24,000 nt of DNA from Clostridiales bacterium (GCA_004558825.1 SFDB01000002.1:1-24000); one strand, 5' to 3'; shown: positions 6,132 through 16,200, counted from the first letter of the stretch. Notes: a model not told the origin generated them from the sequence alone. A program made the numbers and translations.

Positions 6132-7853
6132 CTACTGCGCCACGGTGAAAAGGGCATGGAAGTAACCCCTGTTTGACATCAGCTTATCAAAGCTGCCGCT
6201 TTCCTCTATGTGTCCGTCCTTGAGGACGATGATACCGTCATAGCGGCGCAGCAGAGATTCCTCCAGCGTGTGCGTCACAATGATACGGGTTATGCCGTGC
6301 AAATCGAGAATATCGCTTGTGACCTGATGTGCTGTCTGCGCATCCAATGCCGCCGTTACCTCGTCAGCCAACAGGACGGAGGATTTTTTCAGCAGGCTTC
6401 GGGCAATAGATACGCGTTGCTTTTCACCGCCGGACAGTCCATTGCCACCCTCGCCACAGAGATAGCTTTCCCCGCGCTCCGCAATCAGCCCGGTCAGATG
6501 GGCGCGTCGTATAGCGTCGTCAAGCTCCTGCTGTGGGAAACTGCGGAACATCGCTACGTTATCCTTTATAGACGCATTGAACACAAACACATTCTGCTGA
6601 ATAACCGAAGTCATCTCGTACAGGGATTCCGGGGCCATGCGGCGAAGCTCCGTTCCGTCCAGAAGGATATTCCCCGTATACTCCGTGCTGCCTGCCATCA
6701 ATAAATGGAGCATCGTGGACTTTCCGCTGCCGCTGCCGCCTACAATGGCGTAGGCTTTGCCGGCCTCAAAAACAGCGGAAATCTCGTGCAGTACTTCTTT
6801 TTCTCCATTATAGCTGAATGACACTTTTTCAAGGCGAATATCGTGCTCCAACATGGAAAGCTCCTCACCGCCGCAGGCGGTAGGATTCTTTTCCAACGCC
6901 GCCGCCAGCTTGCCTATCAGTCCCAGCGCCGCCCTGCGGCTCGCCAGTAACCCCGGTAGTTCTGCGATAGGCTGTATCAAAAAGTTCATCAGGTTCACGA
7001 AGATAATCACAACGCCGGGGGTCAGCCCATAGCCGGACAGCGCAAGGTATGCACCGATGAGAAACACGCCAAGCTGCGCAAAGATACCTGCCACAGCGCC
7101 GATCATGCCAACAAGGGTTTTAATGCGTCGCTTGTTGAATTTCTCACTCTCTAATGCCCGATTGCTTTCGGCGAACAGCTTGAAAATCTCCCTCTCCGCC
7201 TTGAAGTTCTTGACGACCGCAAATCCGCTGAGGCAATCGTGCAGAGCGGCGGTAAAATCCTTATTCCGGTCGGAAACCCGCTTCTCCGCCGCCTGCAATT
7301 TGCTTCCCGTCAGAAGGGATGCGACGAGTGGCAAAATCGTAACGCCGAGGGCAATGGCGGTCATCAGCGGGGAATACCATAGCATCATGGCAAGAGCCCC
7401 AATAAACGCCACAGTCTTTGTGATAAGGGAAAGTTGCTGCGCAAGATAATCCGCCTCTATGCCGTTCGCATCGTTGGTAAGCGCCGAAAGATAGGTCGCC
7501 GTGCTTTCGTCCCGAAAGGATGAAATGCTCTTTTCGGTAAACTTTTGAAAGGCAAAATCCTTGTACTGCCGCATGGCCCGTTCAATAAATCGGGGCTGTG
7601 AAACGTAGTCCAGAAGAAAAGCCGCCACACACAGCAGCACAAAAGCACCGCTAATCTTTGCAAGCGTTCCGATAGGCAGCGCACCCGGAACGCCGGATGC
7701 TGCATCGATAAGCTGCTGCATTATCCACGAAAGAATCAAATTAAGGGAGCCTGAAACCAACGCACCAAAAACGGCGATGCAGAGTAAGGGGATATTCCGG
7801 CGGTAAAACTGCGCCGTGAGCTGTTTTTTCAAGAGTTTATTTCTCATCTTCAT
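6132..7853 (-). CDS. ABC transporter, fused permease/ATP-binding half-transporter (MsbA/MdlB-type exporter)
   Basis: 573 aa. The N-terminal hydrophobic TMD is followed by Walker A GGSGSGKST, signature LSGGEKQRVSIARSL, Walker B VLLADEVTAALD and H-loop VTHTL. GGAGGT RBS. The start overlaps the upstream regulator stop by 17 nt. Confidence 0.9.
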   Translation of the reverse strand: MKMRNKLLKKQLTAQFYRRNIPLLCIAVFGALVSGSLNLILSWIMQQLIDAASGVPGALPIGTLAKISGAFVLLCVAAFLLDYVSQPRFIERAMRQYKDFAFQKFTEKSISSFRDESTATYLSALTNDANGIEADYLAQQLSLITKTVAFIGALAMMLWYSPLMTAIALGVTILPLVASLLTGSKLQAAEKRVSDRNKDFTAALHDCLSGFAVVKNFKAEREIFKLFAESNRALESEKFNKRRIKTLVGMIGAVAGIFAQLGVFLIGAYLALSGYGLTPGVVIIFVNLMNFLIQPIAELPGLLASRRAALGLIGKLAAALEKNPTACGGEELSMLEHDIRLEKVSFSYNGEKEVLHEISAVFEAGKAYAIVGGSGSGKSTMLHLLMAGSTEYTGNILLDGTELRRMAPESLYEMTSVIQQNVFVFNASIKDNVAMFRSFPQQELDDAIRRAHLTGLIAERGESYLCGEGGNGLSGGEKQRVSIARSLLKKSSVLLADEVTAALDAQTAHQVTSDILDLHGITRIIVTHTLEESLLRRYDGIIVLKDGHIEESGSFDKLMSNRGYFHALFTVAQ

Positions 7854-8913
7854 TTACCTCCTTCCATATGGCGGACAGTGTATCATCCCCGATGGAACGG
7901 AGCGCATTTTGTATGCCCATCATTGCTGTTGCACCAAGATCGTCATAGGCGCTCTTTTGCTTGCCGAGTGTGACAAACCGGATTGACTCCAAATCATAGT
8001 CCGGCATAGCGTCAAAGCGATCTGCAAGCTCCTTTGCGAGGAGCAGTGAGCGGCGGGCGGCATCGCCGTCGCCGGATTGTATCTGTGTGTAGGCGATGCA
8101 TGCATGGAATACACCATTCATCTTGTCAAGGAAGCTGGGCTTTTCCCGGTCCCTCAAGCCGGAAAGTACACTTGAGCCCCAAAGAAGGATCGCCTGTGCG
8201 GAAGCATAGTCCTTTTGGCTGAAGAACACATTGACATAGCCCATAACGGTGCGCATGAGAGCTGCTGTGTTTTTTAGTAGAGCATCCGACAGAAAGGGCA
8301 ACGCCTCATTGGGGCGATTGCAGGCGGAAACAAGCGTCAAGCCGATCAGGTCATTGTAAATACCGCCTGCGTTGTGTTTCCGTAGAAGTTCCACAGCCTG
8401 CTCTCCCTTGCCCATAGCAAGATATGCTTCCGCCATGTCGCCGCAAATGGTAATCTCGCTGATTTCAGGGTCGGTGTTCTGCGGCAACAGGAACCTGGAA
8501 TATTCCAGCAGTTCCAGCGCACGGCGCAGCAACGCTTTTTCCTTACCTTCAATACCGAACAGCTGATACATGGTGGCGCTGATGTAAACGATTTCAAACG
8601 CATTAGGATACTTCTTCAGAGCCTTTTCAGCTTCTGTAAGTCCCTCCGGATTTTTTTCGTGACGATATTGTTTCAGCCTGTCCACGGACGCCTGCAAGCG
8701 ATTGTCTTTCATCTCATAGCCCAGCAGCACGTCTACCGATGTGTCAAAAAAATCCGCCATAGCCATAATCATAGCCAATTCAGGCTGGGACAACCTTGCC
8801 TCCCATTTATAAACTGCACCTACCGTTACACCCAGCACTTCGGCAAGCTGCTCTTGTGTCAGCGACAATTGCTTTCGGAAAGTCCGGATATTCTCTGCGA
8901 GTTTGATATCCAT
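7837..8913 (-). CDS. XRE-family HTH transcriptional regulator with a long alpha-helical, TPR-like C-terminal domain (RRNPP-like architecture)
   Basis: 358 aa. The N-terminus LSLTQEQLAEVLGVTVGAVYKWEARLSQPELAMIMAMADFFDTSVDVLLG is a classical HTH_XRE. The remaining ~290 aa are helix-repeat-like (e.g. AEAYLAMGKGEQAVELLRK). AGGAGG RBS. Confidence 0.8.
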   Translation of the reverse strand: MDIKLAENIRTFRKQLSLTQEQLAEVLGVTVGAVYKWEARLSQPELAMIMAMADFFDTSVDVLLGYEMKDNRLQASVDRLKQYRHEKNPEGLTEAEKALKKYPNAFEIVYISATMYQLFGIEGKEKALLRRALELLEYSRFLLPQNTDPEISEITICGDMAEAYLAMGKGEQAVELLRKHNAGGIYNDLIGLTLVSACNRPNEALPFLSDALLKNTAALMRTVMGYVNVFFSQKDYASAQAILLWGSSVLSGLRDREKPSFLDKMNGVFHACIAYTQIQSGDGDAARRSLLLAKELADRFDAMPDYDLESIRFVTLGKQKSAYDDLGATAMMGIQNALRSIGDDTLSAIWKEVNEDEK

Positions 8914-9456
8914 ACGCCCACCTCCTTCATTGATTTACCCTTTTATGATAACAGAAAGAAGCGGCCAAACGAACATACCAATAGTATAATAAGATAAAAT
9001 ATAGTTCTACCAGCAGTGTGTATAACAGTGAATTTTAATCAAGAGGCTTGTATTCTGTGACGGTTTTCAAATATGCTTTCGGCTCTCCGTTCAAAATCAG
9101 GTCAGCGTATGCCAAGGGGTCATTGCGAATCAGATGGCTAAATACTGAACGCTGATACATATGGGGAACTCCGTGCTGCCATATTATGAAACATACCTAA
9201 GATAACGCCGAGGGCTTTCGCTTTAATAGATTCTGAAGATATGACGGCGGGCTAGCTGCAATGGGCTTAGCTGCTTATCAGATAATCATGTCTCGGAAGC
9301 TTTACGGGATTCCGAATGACCCTGGTTTGAGTCCTCTGCTTCAAGTCAATGGAAATTTATTGTTCTCTACACGCATGAGTATGATGATTGACGTTTCAAA
9401 ACGCATAATGATATGGTATAATCTTCAGAAATGTTTGCGAAGAAAAGGAGAACTGT

Positions 9457-10623
9457 GTGATTTCGCTGCTTGTTAAGCTGTTTTACGGCGAAATGAATAT
9501 GGGCGACGAGAAGGCTGTAAGGCGCGCGTACGGCACCGCGTGCAGCGGTGCAGGCATAGGCTTCAATGTGCTTTTGTTCGCGGGCAAGCTTATTGCGGGT
9601 ATGCTCAGCGGGTCTGTCGCCATCGTGTCCGACGCATTCAACAATCTGTCCGATGCGGGCTCGTCTATAATATCGCTGGTGGGGTTTAAGCTATCGAATA
9701 AGAAGTCGGACCCGCAGCATCCGTTCGGTCATGGCAGACTTGAATATATATCGGGCCTTTGCGTTTCGTTTTTAATAATATTAATGGGAGTTGAGCTCGG
9801 TAAGGCGTCGATAGAGAAGATAATCGAGCCCGCGCAGGTGAAATTCAGCTTGCTTACGGCTGCGATACTTGCCGCATCGATACTCGTAAAGCTGTATATG
9901 GCACTTTATAACAGCCGCATAGGCAAACGACTGAATGCGGTCACGATGAAAGCTATGGCGAAAGACAGCTTGAGCGATGCTGTGGCGACGAGCGTGGTGC
10001 TGATGTCGATGATAGTTGCAAAGCTTGCGGACATAGCGATAGACGGTTACTGCGGCGTCATTGTCGCTGCATTCATACTGTTTACGGGCATAACGGCCGC
10101 ACGCGACACGATAAGTCCGCTTTTAGGCCAAAAACCGGATTCCGAGTTTATAGAAGAGGTCATGAGGATAGTCAACGCGCATAAGGAGATAATAGGCACA
10201 CACGACCTTGTTGTGCACGACTACGGTCCGGGTAGGCTGATGATAACGCTGCACGCAGAGGTCGATGCCGATATGGATATACTTGTTGCGCACGATGCCG
10301 TTGACAATATAGAGAATGAGCTTCGGGAGAAGCTCGGCTGCAGCGCCGTAGTGCATATGGATCCGATTGTCACAGACGACGTGGAGGTAAACGCTACGCG
10401 GGAAGAGATTAAACGGGTTGTGAGCAACATCGATTCAAGGATGACAATACACGATTTCAGGATGGTACCCGGACCTACGCACACGAATGTGATTTTTGAT
10501 GTAGCGGTGCCGTTTGATATAGACATGGACGACGACGAGCTGAGGAAGATTTTGGGGGCGCGGATAAGGGACGTTGACTCAAAGCTGAACGCCGTTATAG
10601 AAATAGATAAATGCTACTGCTAA
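9457..10623 (+). CDS. Cation diffusion facilitator (CDF) family metal efflux transporter
   Basis: 388 aa. The GTG start lies 6 nt after AAGGAG. SDAFNNLSDAGSS and HPFGHGRLEY are motifs typical of CDF/FieF-like proteins. It has six hydrophobic segments and a C-terminal cytoplasmic domain. Confidence 0.9.
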   Translation: MISLLVKLFYGEMNMGDEKAVRRAYGTACSGAGIGFNVLLFAGKLIAGMLSGSVAIVSDAFNNLSDAGSSIISLVGFKLSNKKSDPQHPFGHGRLEYISGLCVSFLIILMGVELGKASIEKIIEPAQVKFSLLTAAILAASILVKLYMALYNSRIGKRLNAVTMKAMAKDSLSDAVATSVVLMSMIVAKLADIAIDGYCGVIVAAFILFTGITAARDTISPLLGQKPDSEFIEEVMRIVNAHKEIIGTHDLVVHDYGPGRLMITLHAEVDADMDILVAHDAVDNIENELREKLGCSAVVHMDPIVTDDVEVNATREEIKRVVSNIDSRMTIHDFRMVPGPTHTNVIFDVAVPFDIDMDDDELRKILGARIRDVDSKLNAVIEIDKCYC

Positions 10624-10633
10624 AGGAGGCACA

Positions 10634-11167
10634 ATGATGAATATATGGCATGATATTTCACCGAAACGCATAAAAAACAACGACTTCTATTCCGTTATCG
10701 AAATAACGAAGGGAAGCAAAACAAAATATGAGCTTGATAAGGAGACTGGATTTATAAAGCTCGACAGGATACTGTATACATCGACGCACTATCCCGCAAA
10801 CTACGGCCTGATACCGCGCACATACGCTGCCGACGGCGATCCGCTTGACGTGCTGGTAATATGCTCTGAGCCTATACATCCGCTTGCGCTTGTGAGATGT
10901 TACCCGATAGGCATGATAACGATGAAGGACAACAACGCCGACGACGATAAGATTATCGCCATACCGTTTGACGATCCGACCTACAACGAATATAACGACA
11001 TAAGTGAGCTTCCCAGGCATGTCATGGAGGAGATGTCACACTTCTTCTCCGTGTACAAGGCGCTTGAAAACAAACAGACCGTCATCGACGAGGTTAAAAA
11101 CCGCGACGAAGCGATACGCGTCGTTCAGGAAGCCATTGACAGCTATATTGAGCTTTTTTGTAAATAA
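10634..11167 (+). CDS. ppa: Inorganic pyrophosphatase (family I)
   Basis: 177 aa. IEITKGSKTKYELDKETG...LDRILYTSTHYPANYGLIPRTYAADGDPLDVLV...DDKIIA is the family I PPase signature region. AGGAGG RBS. The start could equally be the adjacent ATG at 10637. Confidence 0.9.
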   Translation: MMNIWHDISPKRIKNNDFYSVIEITKGSKTKYELDKETGFIKLDRILYTSTHYPANYGLIPRTYAADGDPLDVLVICSEPIHPLALVRCYPIGMITMKDNNADDDKIIAIPFDDPTYNEYNDISELPRHVMEEMSHFFSVYKALENKQTVIDEVKNRDEAIRVVQEAIDSYIELFCK

Positions 11168-11184
11168 AACACAGGAGGAAAAGC

Positions 11185-12192
11185 ATGAAAATAGCGGTAG
11201 ACATATTTGGCGGAGACAATTCGCCGTCAGCGCTGATAGACGGCTGCGTCGATGCAGCAAAGCTTTATGACGACGTTGAATTTATATTTACGGGCGATGA
11301 ACGCGTAATAACCGACTACATGAGCGAAAAGGGTTATGGAAGCTCGCGCATAAGTATCATCGATGCTCCCGAGACGATAACATGCGGCGATCAGCCGACG
11401 GTCGCCATAAAGCGCAAGAAGAACTCGTCGCTTGTAAAAGCGCTCGAGCTTGTCGCGTCAAAGGAGGCGGATGCGTTCGTATCGGCGGGAAGCACGGGCG
11501 CCGTGCTTGCGGGCGCAACTCTTATAGTAAGGAGAATCAAGGGCGTGAAGCGTCCTGCTCTTGCGCCTGTGATGCCCACCGTGAAAGGGCCCGTGCTGCT
11601 TATTGACTGCGGGGCAAACGTTGACTGCAAGCCGAACTATCTTCAGCAGTTTGCCGTGATGGGAAGCGCATACATGAAAAAGGTCTGCGGAATAGATGCA
11701 CCGCGCGTAGGCCTAATCAACAACGGCGCAGAGGCGGAAAAGGGAAACGAGCTTACGAAAAGCGCATATAAGCTTCTTGAGAACACTGACATAAACTTTG
11801 TCGGAAACTGCGAGGCACGCTATACTATGACGGGCGACTATGATGTACTTGTCTGCGACGGCTTTGTCGGCAACGCAGTGCTCAAATGCACTGAGGGCGT
11901 GGCCAGGTCCGTTATGAGCATAATGAAGCAGGAGCTTATGGCAAGTCCTATAACGAAGCTTGGTGCGCTCATAAGCAAATCGGGTTTTAAGCGTGTGAAG
12001 AAGCGCATGGATTATACGGAGTACGGCGGAGCGCCGCTGCTTGGCATAAACGGATGCATAATAAAGGCGCACGGGAGCTCTAACGCAAAGGCGATAACGT
12101 CAGCAATAGGCCAGGCACGCAGCTACTGCATTGGGGACGTTACTGCCGCCATACAGAGCGGTATCGAGGCGCTTCCCGAATGTGAGGATTGA
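11185..12192 (+). CDS. plsX: Phosphate acyltransferase PlsX
   Basis: 335 aa. MKIAVD..GGDN..., SAGSTGAVLAG and LLGINGCIIKAHGSS are PlsX hallmarks. Conserved position upstream of acpP. Confidence 0.95.
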   Translation: MKIAVDIFGGDNSPSALIDGCVDAAKLYDDVEFIFTGDERVITDYMSEKGYGSSRISIIDAPETITCGDQPTVAIKRKKNSSLVKALELVASKEADAFVSAGSTGAVLAGATLIVRRIKGVKRPALAPVMPTVKGPVLLIDCGANVDCKPNYLQQFAVMGSAYMKKVCGIDAPRVGLINNGAEAEKGNELTKSAYKLLENTDINFVGNCEARYTMTGDYDVLVCDGFVGNAVLKCTEGVARSVMSIMKQELMASPITKLGALISKSGFKRVKKRMDYTEYGGAPLLGINGCIIKAHGSSNAKAITSAIGQARSYCIGDVTAAIQSGIEALPECED

Positions 12193-12246
12193 CATAATAA
12201 GCAATTTTGCCTAAAATAAATGAAAACCTGAAAGGCGGAAACTAAA

Positions 12247-12474
12247 ATGACGTTTGAAAAGATAGCGGAGCTTATAGCTGCCCAGCTCGGTATAGACAAG
12301 GACAGCATAACTGAAGATTCAAGACTTCTTGAGGATCTCAAGGCTGATTCGCTTGACGTTGTGGAGATGATAATGGATCTTGAGCAGGAGTACAATATCG
12401 AGATACCCGACGACGAGCTGCCCAAGATTAAGACGGTAGGCGACATCGTAAGATACATTTCATCGGTAAAATAA
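12247..12474 (+). CDS. acpP: Acyl carrier protein
   Basis: 75 aa. LKADSLDVVEMIMDLEQEY carries the DSL phosphopantetheine-attachment motif. Confidence 0.95.
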   Translation: MTFEKIAELIAAQLGIDKDSITEDSRLLEDLKADSLDVVEMIMDLEQEYNIEIPDDELPKIKTVGDIVRYISSVK

Positions 12475-12495
12475 GCGAAAACAGGTCTCAGCGAT

Positions 12496-13269
12496 ATGCC
12501 ATGCCGAGGTAATTCGGCATGGCAAAATGTGTTATTGAAACGGAGCGATTTAACGGAAGTGGACGAGCGTAGAATCAAGGCACTCGAATATTTTCAAAAG
12601 CGTATCGGATATGTATTCAATGATGAAAGCATATTGAATACGGCGCTTACACATTCGTCATACGTCAAGTGCGAAAATAAAAGCGCGGTTCACAACGAAC
12701 GCCTCGAGTTTTTGGGTGACGCCGTACTCGAGCTGTGCGTAAGCGAGAAGCTTTTCAATGAAAACCCGCAAATGAACGAAGGCACGATGACGCGCATAAG
12801 GTCGCTTGCCGTATATGAGGACGCGCTTTTTCGAGTCGCGAAGCGTATGGATGTAGGCTCGGTGCTTTTGATAAGCAACGGCGAGGAGCGTACGGGCGGA
12901 AGAGAAAAGCCGTCGATACTTTCGGATGCCGTCGAGGCCGTTATAGGCGCGATATATGTAGACGGCGGGTATTCGGCTGCTAAAAAATTCATACTCGGCT
13001 TTGCAAACCTTAGCATACAAGAGGCAATGAGCATGGTCAGCACAAAGGATTATAAGACGATGCTTCAGGAGCATATGCAAAAGCTGCATTTGGGCGACCT
13101 TACATATGTGCTTGTGGACGAAAGCGGTCCTGAGCATAAAAAGATGTTTACAATGGCCGTAGTTTCGAACGGAGAGACAATAGGTACAGGCAGCGGCGGT
13201 TCGAAGCAGGAAGCGGGCAAGGCCGCGGCACACGATGCGCTGCTTAAAATGAACGTATTAAAGGACTAA
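12496..13269 (+). CDS. rnc: Ribonuclease III (5' end uncertain; the true start is probably downstream of the hairpin, e.g. in-frame GTG 12529/12559 or TTG 12535)
   Basis: The RNase III signature is ERLEFLGDAVLEL. The C-terminal dsRBD reads GGSKQEAGKAAAHDAL. ATG 12496 has no RBS and lies inside the stem. Confidence 0.9.
   Translation: MPCRGNSAWQNVLLKRSDLTEVDERRIKALEYFQKRIGYVFNDESILNTALTHSSYVKCENKSAVHNERLEFLGDAVLELCVSEKLFNENPQMNEGTMTRIRSLAVYEDALFRVAKRMDVGSVLLISNGEERTGGREKPSILSDAVEAVIGAIYVDGGYSAAKKFILGFANLSIQEAMSMVSTKDYKTMLQEHMQKLHLGDLTYVLVDESGPEHKKMFTMAVVSNGETIGTGSGGSKQEAGKAAAHDALLKMNVLKD
12497..12524 (+). promoter_or_regulatory. Perfect 11-bp stem-loop in the acpP-rnc junction (mRNA stabiliser, attenuator or processing site)
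   Basis: TGCCATGCCGA (12497-12507) / TCGGCATGGCA (12514-12524) with loop GGTAAT. No U-run follows. It sequesters ATG 12496. Confidence 0.6.
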
Positions 13270-13282
13270 AGGAGAGAGCCTT

Positions 13283-16200
13283 TTGAAACTTCTAAGGCTT
13301 GAGATTTCGGGGTTTAAGTCGTTTGCCAAGAAGACCGTTATAGAGTTCAGGGACGGGATAACGGCTATCGTAGGCCCTAACGGAAGCGGAAAAAGCAATA
13401 TTGCCGACGCCATAAGGTGGGTGCTTGGTGAACAGCGTCCAAAGGCTTTACGCGGCGCAAAAATGGAGGACGTAATATTCAACGGTACGGAGCAGCGCAA
13501 GCCGCTTGCCTTCTGCGAAGTAACGCTTGTTTTTGACAATTCGGACGGAATGCTGCCGACCGATTTTGTTGAGGTGAGCGTGACGCGCCGCGCCTACAGA
13601 ACGGGCGAAGGCGAATATATGCTAAACGGCAAGCAATGCAGGCTAAAAGATGTTCAGGAGATATTCCGTGACACGGGAATAGGCAAAGAAGGCTATTCAA
13701 TAATTGGGCAGGGGAAGGTAGACGAGATACTCTCGAACAAGTCGAGCGAGCGCAGGATGATATTTGAAGAGGCTGCGGGCGTTATGCGCTACAGGACGCG
13801 CAAGGAGGAGGCCGAGCGGCGTCTCGAAAATACGGAAAAGAATCTCGAACGCGTAAGAGACGTACTTGCAGAGCTTGAAGAGCGGCTTGAACCGCTCGAA
13901 AGGCAGAGCACAACGGCGAAAAAGTATCTTTCGCTGCGCGAAGAACTGAAAAAAGCAGAGCTCAACCTGTTCCTTATTCAATATGACAAACTCAACGAAC
14001 GTATAAGCGCTTCAGCCGCCGTAATGGAACAGGCGTCAAACGAGACGCTCGACAAACAAAACTATATCTCTAATATCGAGCGCGAATGCATGTCCGCCGA
14101 GGCGAGCGAACGCGATGGAAACACGAATATAAACGATTTGCAGAATAAGCTGCTCGAACTAACGGCGAGCCTTGAGGGTCAAGCGGGCGAGTCGAAGGTG
14201 ATTAAAGAAAGAATAGCAAATTCACAAGCCGAGCAGGCCAGGCTGGGCGACGAGATAAAGCGAGGCGAGGTGCTTTTAAGCGAAAACGCGGAAAACCTGA
14301 ACGAGCTTGAGAACGAAATAAAAAGTAAGGGCGACAAATATGCGGAGCTTCAAAAAGCAATAGAGGAGCTTACCGTTGAGAGCGCGGCACTTGCGTCCGC
14401 GGCAGAGAAAGCGGAAGCGATGCTTGACGCTCAAAAACAAAGCATAATCGACGCGATGAACAGCCTTTCGGACGCAAAGAGCAGGCTTGCCCGCTTTGAG
14501 ACGATGAAGGCGACGCTGAACGAGCGTGTCGAAGCGATAGATAAAGAAACGCTGCTGCATGATAGTGAGCTGGAAAAGCTTCAGACGGAGTTTAGCGAGG
14601 CTGACGAGCTTTACGAAGAGCTTCTCGATGGCGAGAAGGAAGTCAAGCAGCAAAAATGTGAGGCGGAGCGAAAAAGAGAGCAGATATCTGCACAAATTGC
14701 TCTGCTGCGCGAGAATACGAAAAAGTCGGAGCATGAGCTTGAGCGCAAGCGCTCACGCATAAAAGTTCTGCGAGAGCTGAAAGAATCGCATGAGGGGTTT
14801 TATGCGAGCGTGAGGAGGCTGCTCAGCGACGCGAAAGCAGACCCACGTCTTGCGGATGCAATAGAGGGCGCCGTTGCGGAATTGATAAAGGTGCCGCGCG
14901 AATATGAAACGGCAATTGAGATGGCGCTCGGTTCGGCGCTGCAAAATATAATCGTTCCGACAGAGAATGACGCAAAGCTTGTGATTAACCATTTGCGAAG
15001 CCGAAATTACGGACGCGCTACGCTTCTGCCTGTATCTGCCATCCGTCCGAGAGCGCTGACCGACGCCGAGAAGCGTTTCATAAAGATGCGCGGATGCCAT
15101 GGCATAGCGGCCGAACTTGTCGAATGTGCGCCGCGATACGCCGATATATGCTCGAATTTGCTTGGAAGAACGGTTATCGTTGACGACCTTGATACAGGCA
15201 TAGCCATTAGCAGGCAGGTCGGTTCATCGTTTAGGATAGCTACGCTAAAGGGCGACATAATCAACCCCGGAGGCTCGATGACGGGCGGAAGCGTGCAGAG
15301 GTCTGAGTTCAGCCTGCTGGGCAGAGAACGCGAAATCGACGAGCTTGAGAACGGCTGCGCTGCGGATGAGGAGAAGCTCAGAGCGCAGGAATGTTCCGTT
15401 AATGAGGCTTCCGACGCTTTGCGCGCCGCAGAATCCGAGCTCGCCGAACTTGACAGCGAGCTGCACGAGAAGCAGGTCGAAAAGGCTTCAAGATACGAAA
15501 AGCTTGACATAATAAAGAAATATATCGAACAGTCGGAGACAACGCGCCAAAAGCTTCTGCAGGAACGCGCGCGCGTTGTTGACAGCATTGCGGACATAGA
15601 GAATGAAGTGGCGAAATGCGAGGCGGTCACGGGCAACATTGAGAGCGGAAACGTCGCGACAAAAGAAGACATAGCGAAAACTCAGGGCGAGCTTAACGCG
15701 AAGCGTGCCGAACAAAATGAGCTGAACGAGCGCATTACTTCTATGAAGCTTGACGCAGTGGCGCTTGAACGCGAACGCGCAGCGGCATCTGCACAAAAAA
15801 AGCGCACAGAGAGCGAGGCTGTAGCTGTGCGGGAAAGGGTGTCGAAAGCCGAAGCAGAGATAAGCAGGCTCAGGGCGCTTGAAGGGGAGCTCAGCGATAT
15901 GCTTTTGACTTCCGATGCTTTTGTAAATGAGGAGCGAAAGAAGGCGGACGACCTTTCGGATGAAATAAAGCGGCTGAGCGACGAGCAGACGCTCATACAG
16001 ACGCATATAGGCGAGCTTCGTGAGAGGCGTTCTGCGGCGCAGGCAGAGCTTGATGCTCTTTTGGAGCGAAAGCACCGCGCTGAAATGAGCATGAATAAAT
16101 CACAGCTTGAATTGTCCGCGATGCAGGAGCGTATATTCAATGACTATGAGATGACGTATGAGAACGTGCTGCCATACAGACGAAATGTTTCCGCAACGGC

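Noticed and set aside
6210-7449. Plus-strand ORFs 6210..6704 and 7057..7449 antisense to the ABC exporter
   Set aside because: They are shadow ORFs within a gene carrying complete Walker A/B and signature motifs on the other strand. They have no RBS or recognisable domains.
9035-9196. Minus-strand open frame with a 41-aa ORF (MYQRSVFSHLIRNDPLAYADLILNG...), vaguely reminiscent of TnpV-like transposon proteins
   Set aside because: It is too short, and the resemblance is too weak to call by eye. It is retained only as supporting context for the island boundary finding.
9324-9334. GGTTTGAGTCC, resembling a tRNA T-loop (possible tRNA or att-site remnant at the island boundary)
   Set aside because: The flanking bases (CCTGG ... 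CCTCT) cannot form a T-stem. No acceptor, D or anticodon arms can be built around it.
9261-9456. Possible NiCo (czcD-type) riboswitch upstream of the CDF transporter
   Set aside because: The leader is AT-rich. By eye it lacks the GC-rich multi-helix junction expected of that class. I cannot support it without a covariance-model scan.
9261-9476. 71-aa ORF upstream of and overlapping the CDF transporter start
   Set aside because: It has no RBS and no recognisable motif. It overlaps the well-supported GTG start and AAGGAG RBS of the transporter, and it covers the promoter-like region.
12123-12578. 151-aa minus-strand ORF covering acpP and the plsX/rnc ends
   Set aside because: It is antisense to three strongly supported genes. 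Its composition is Ser-rich and low complexity, and it has no RBS.
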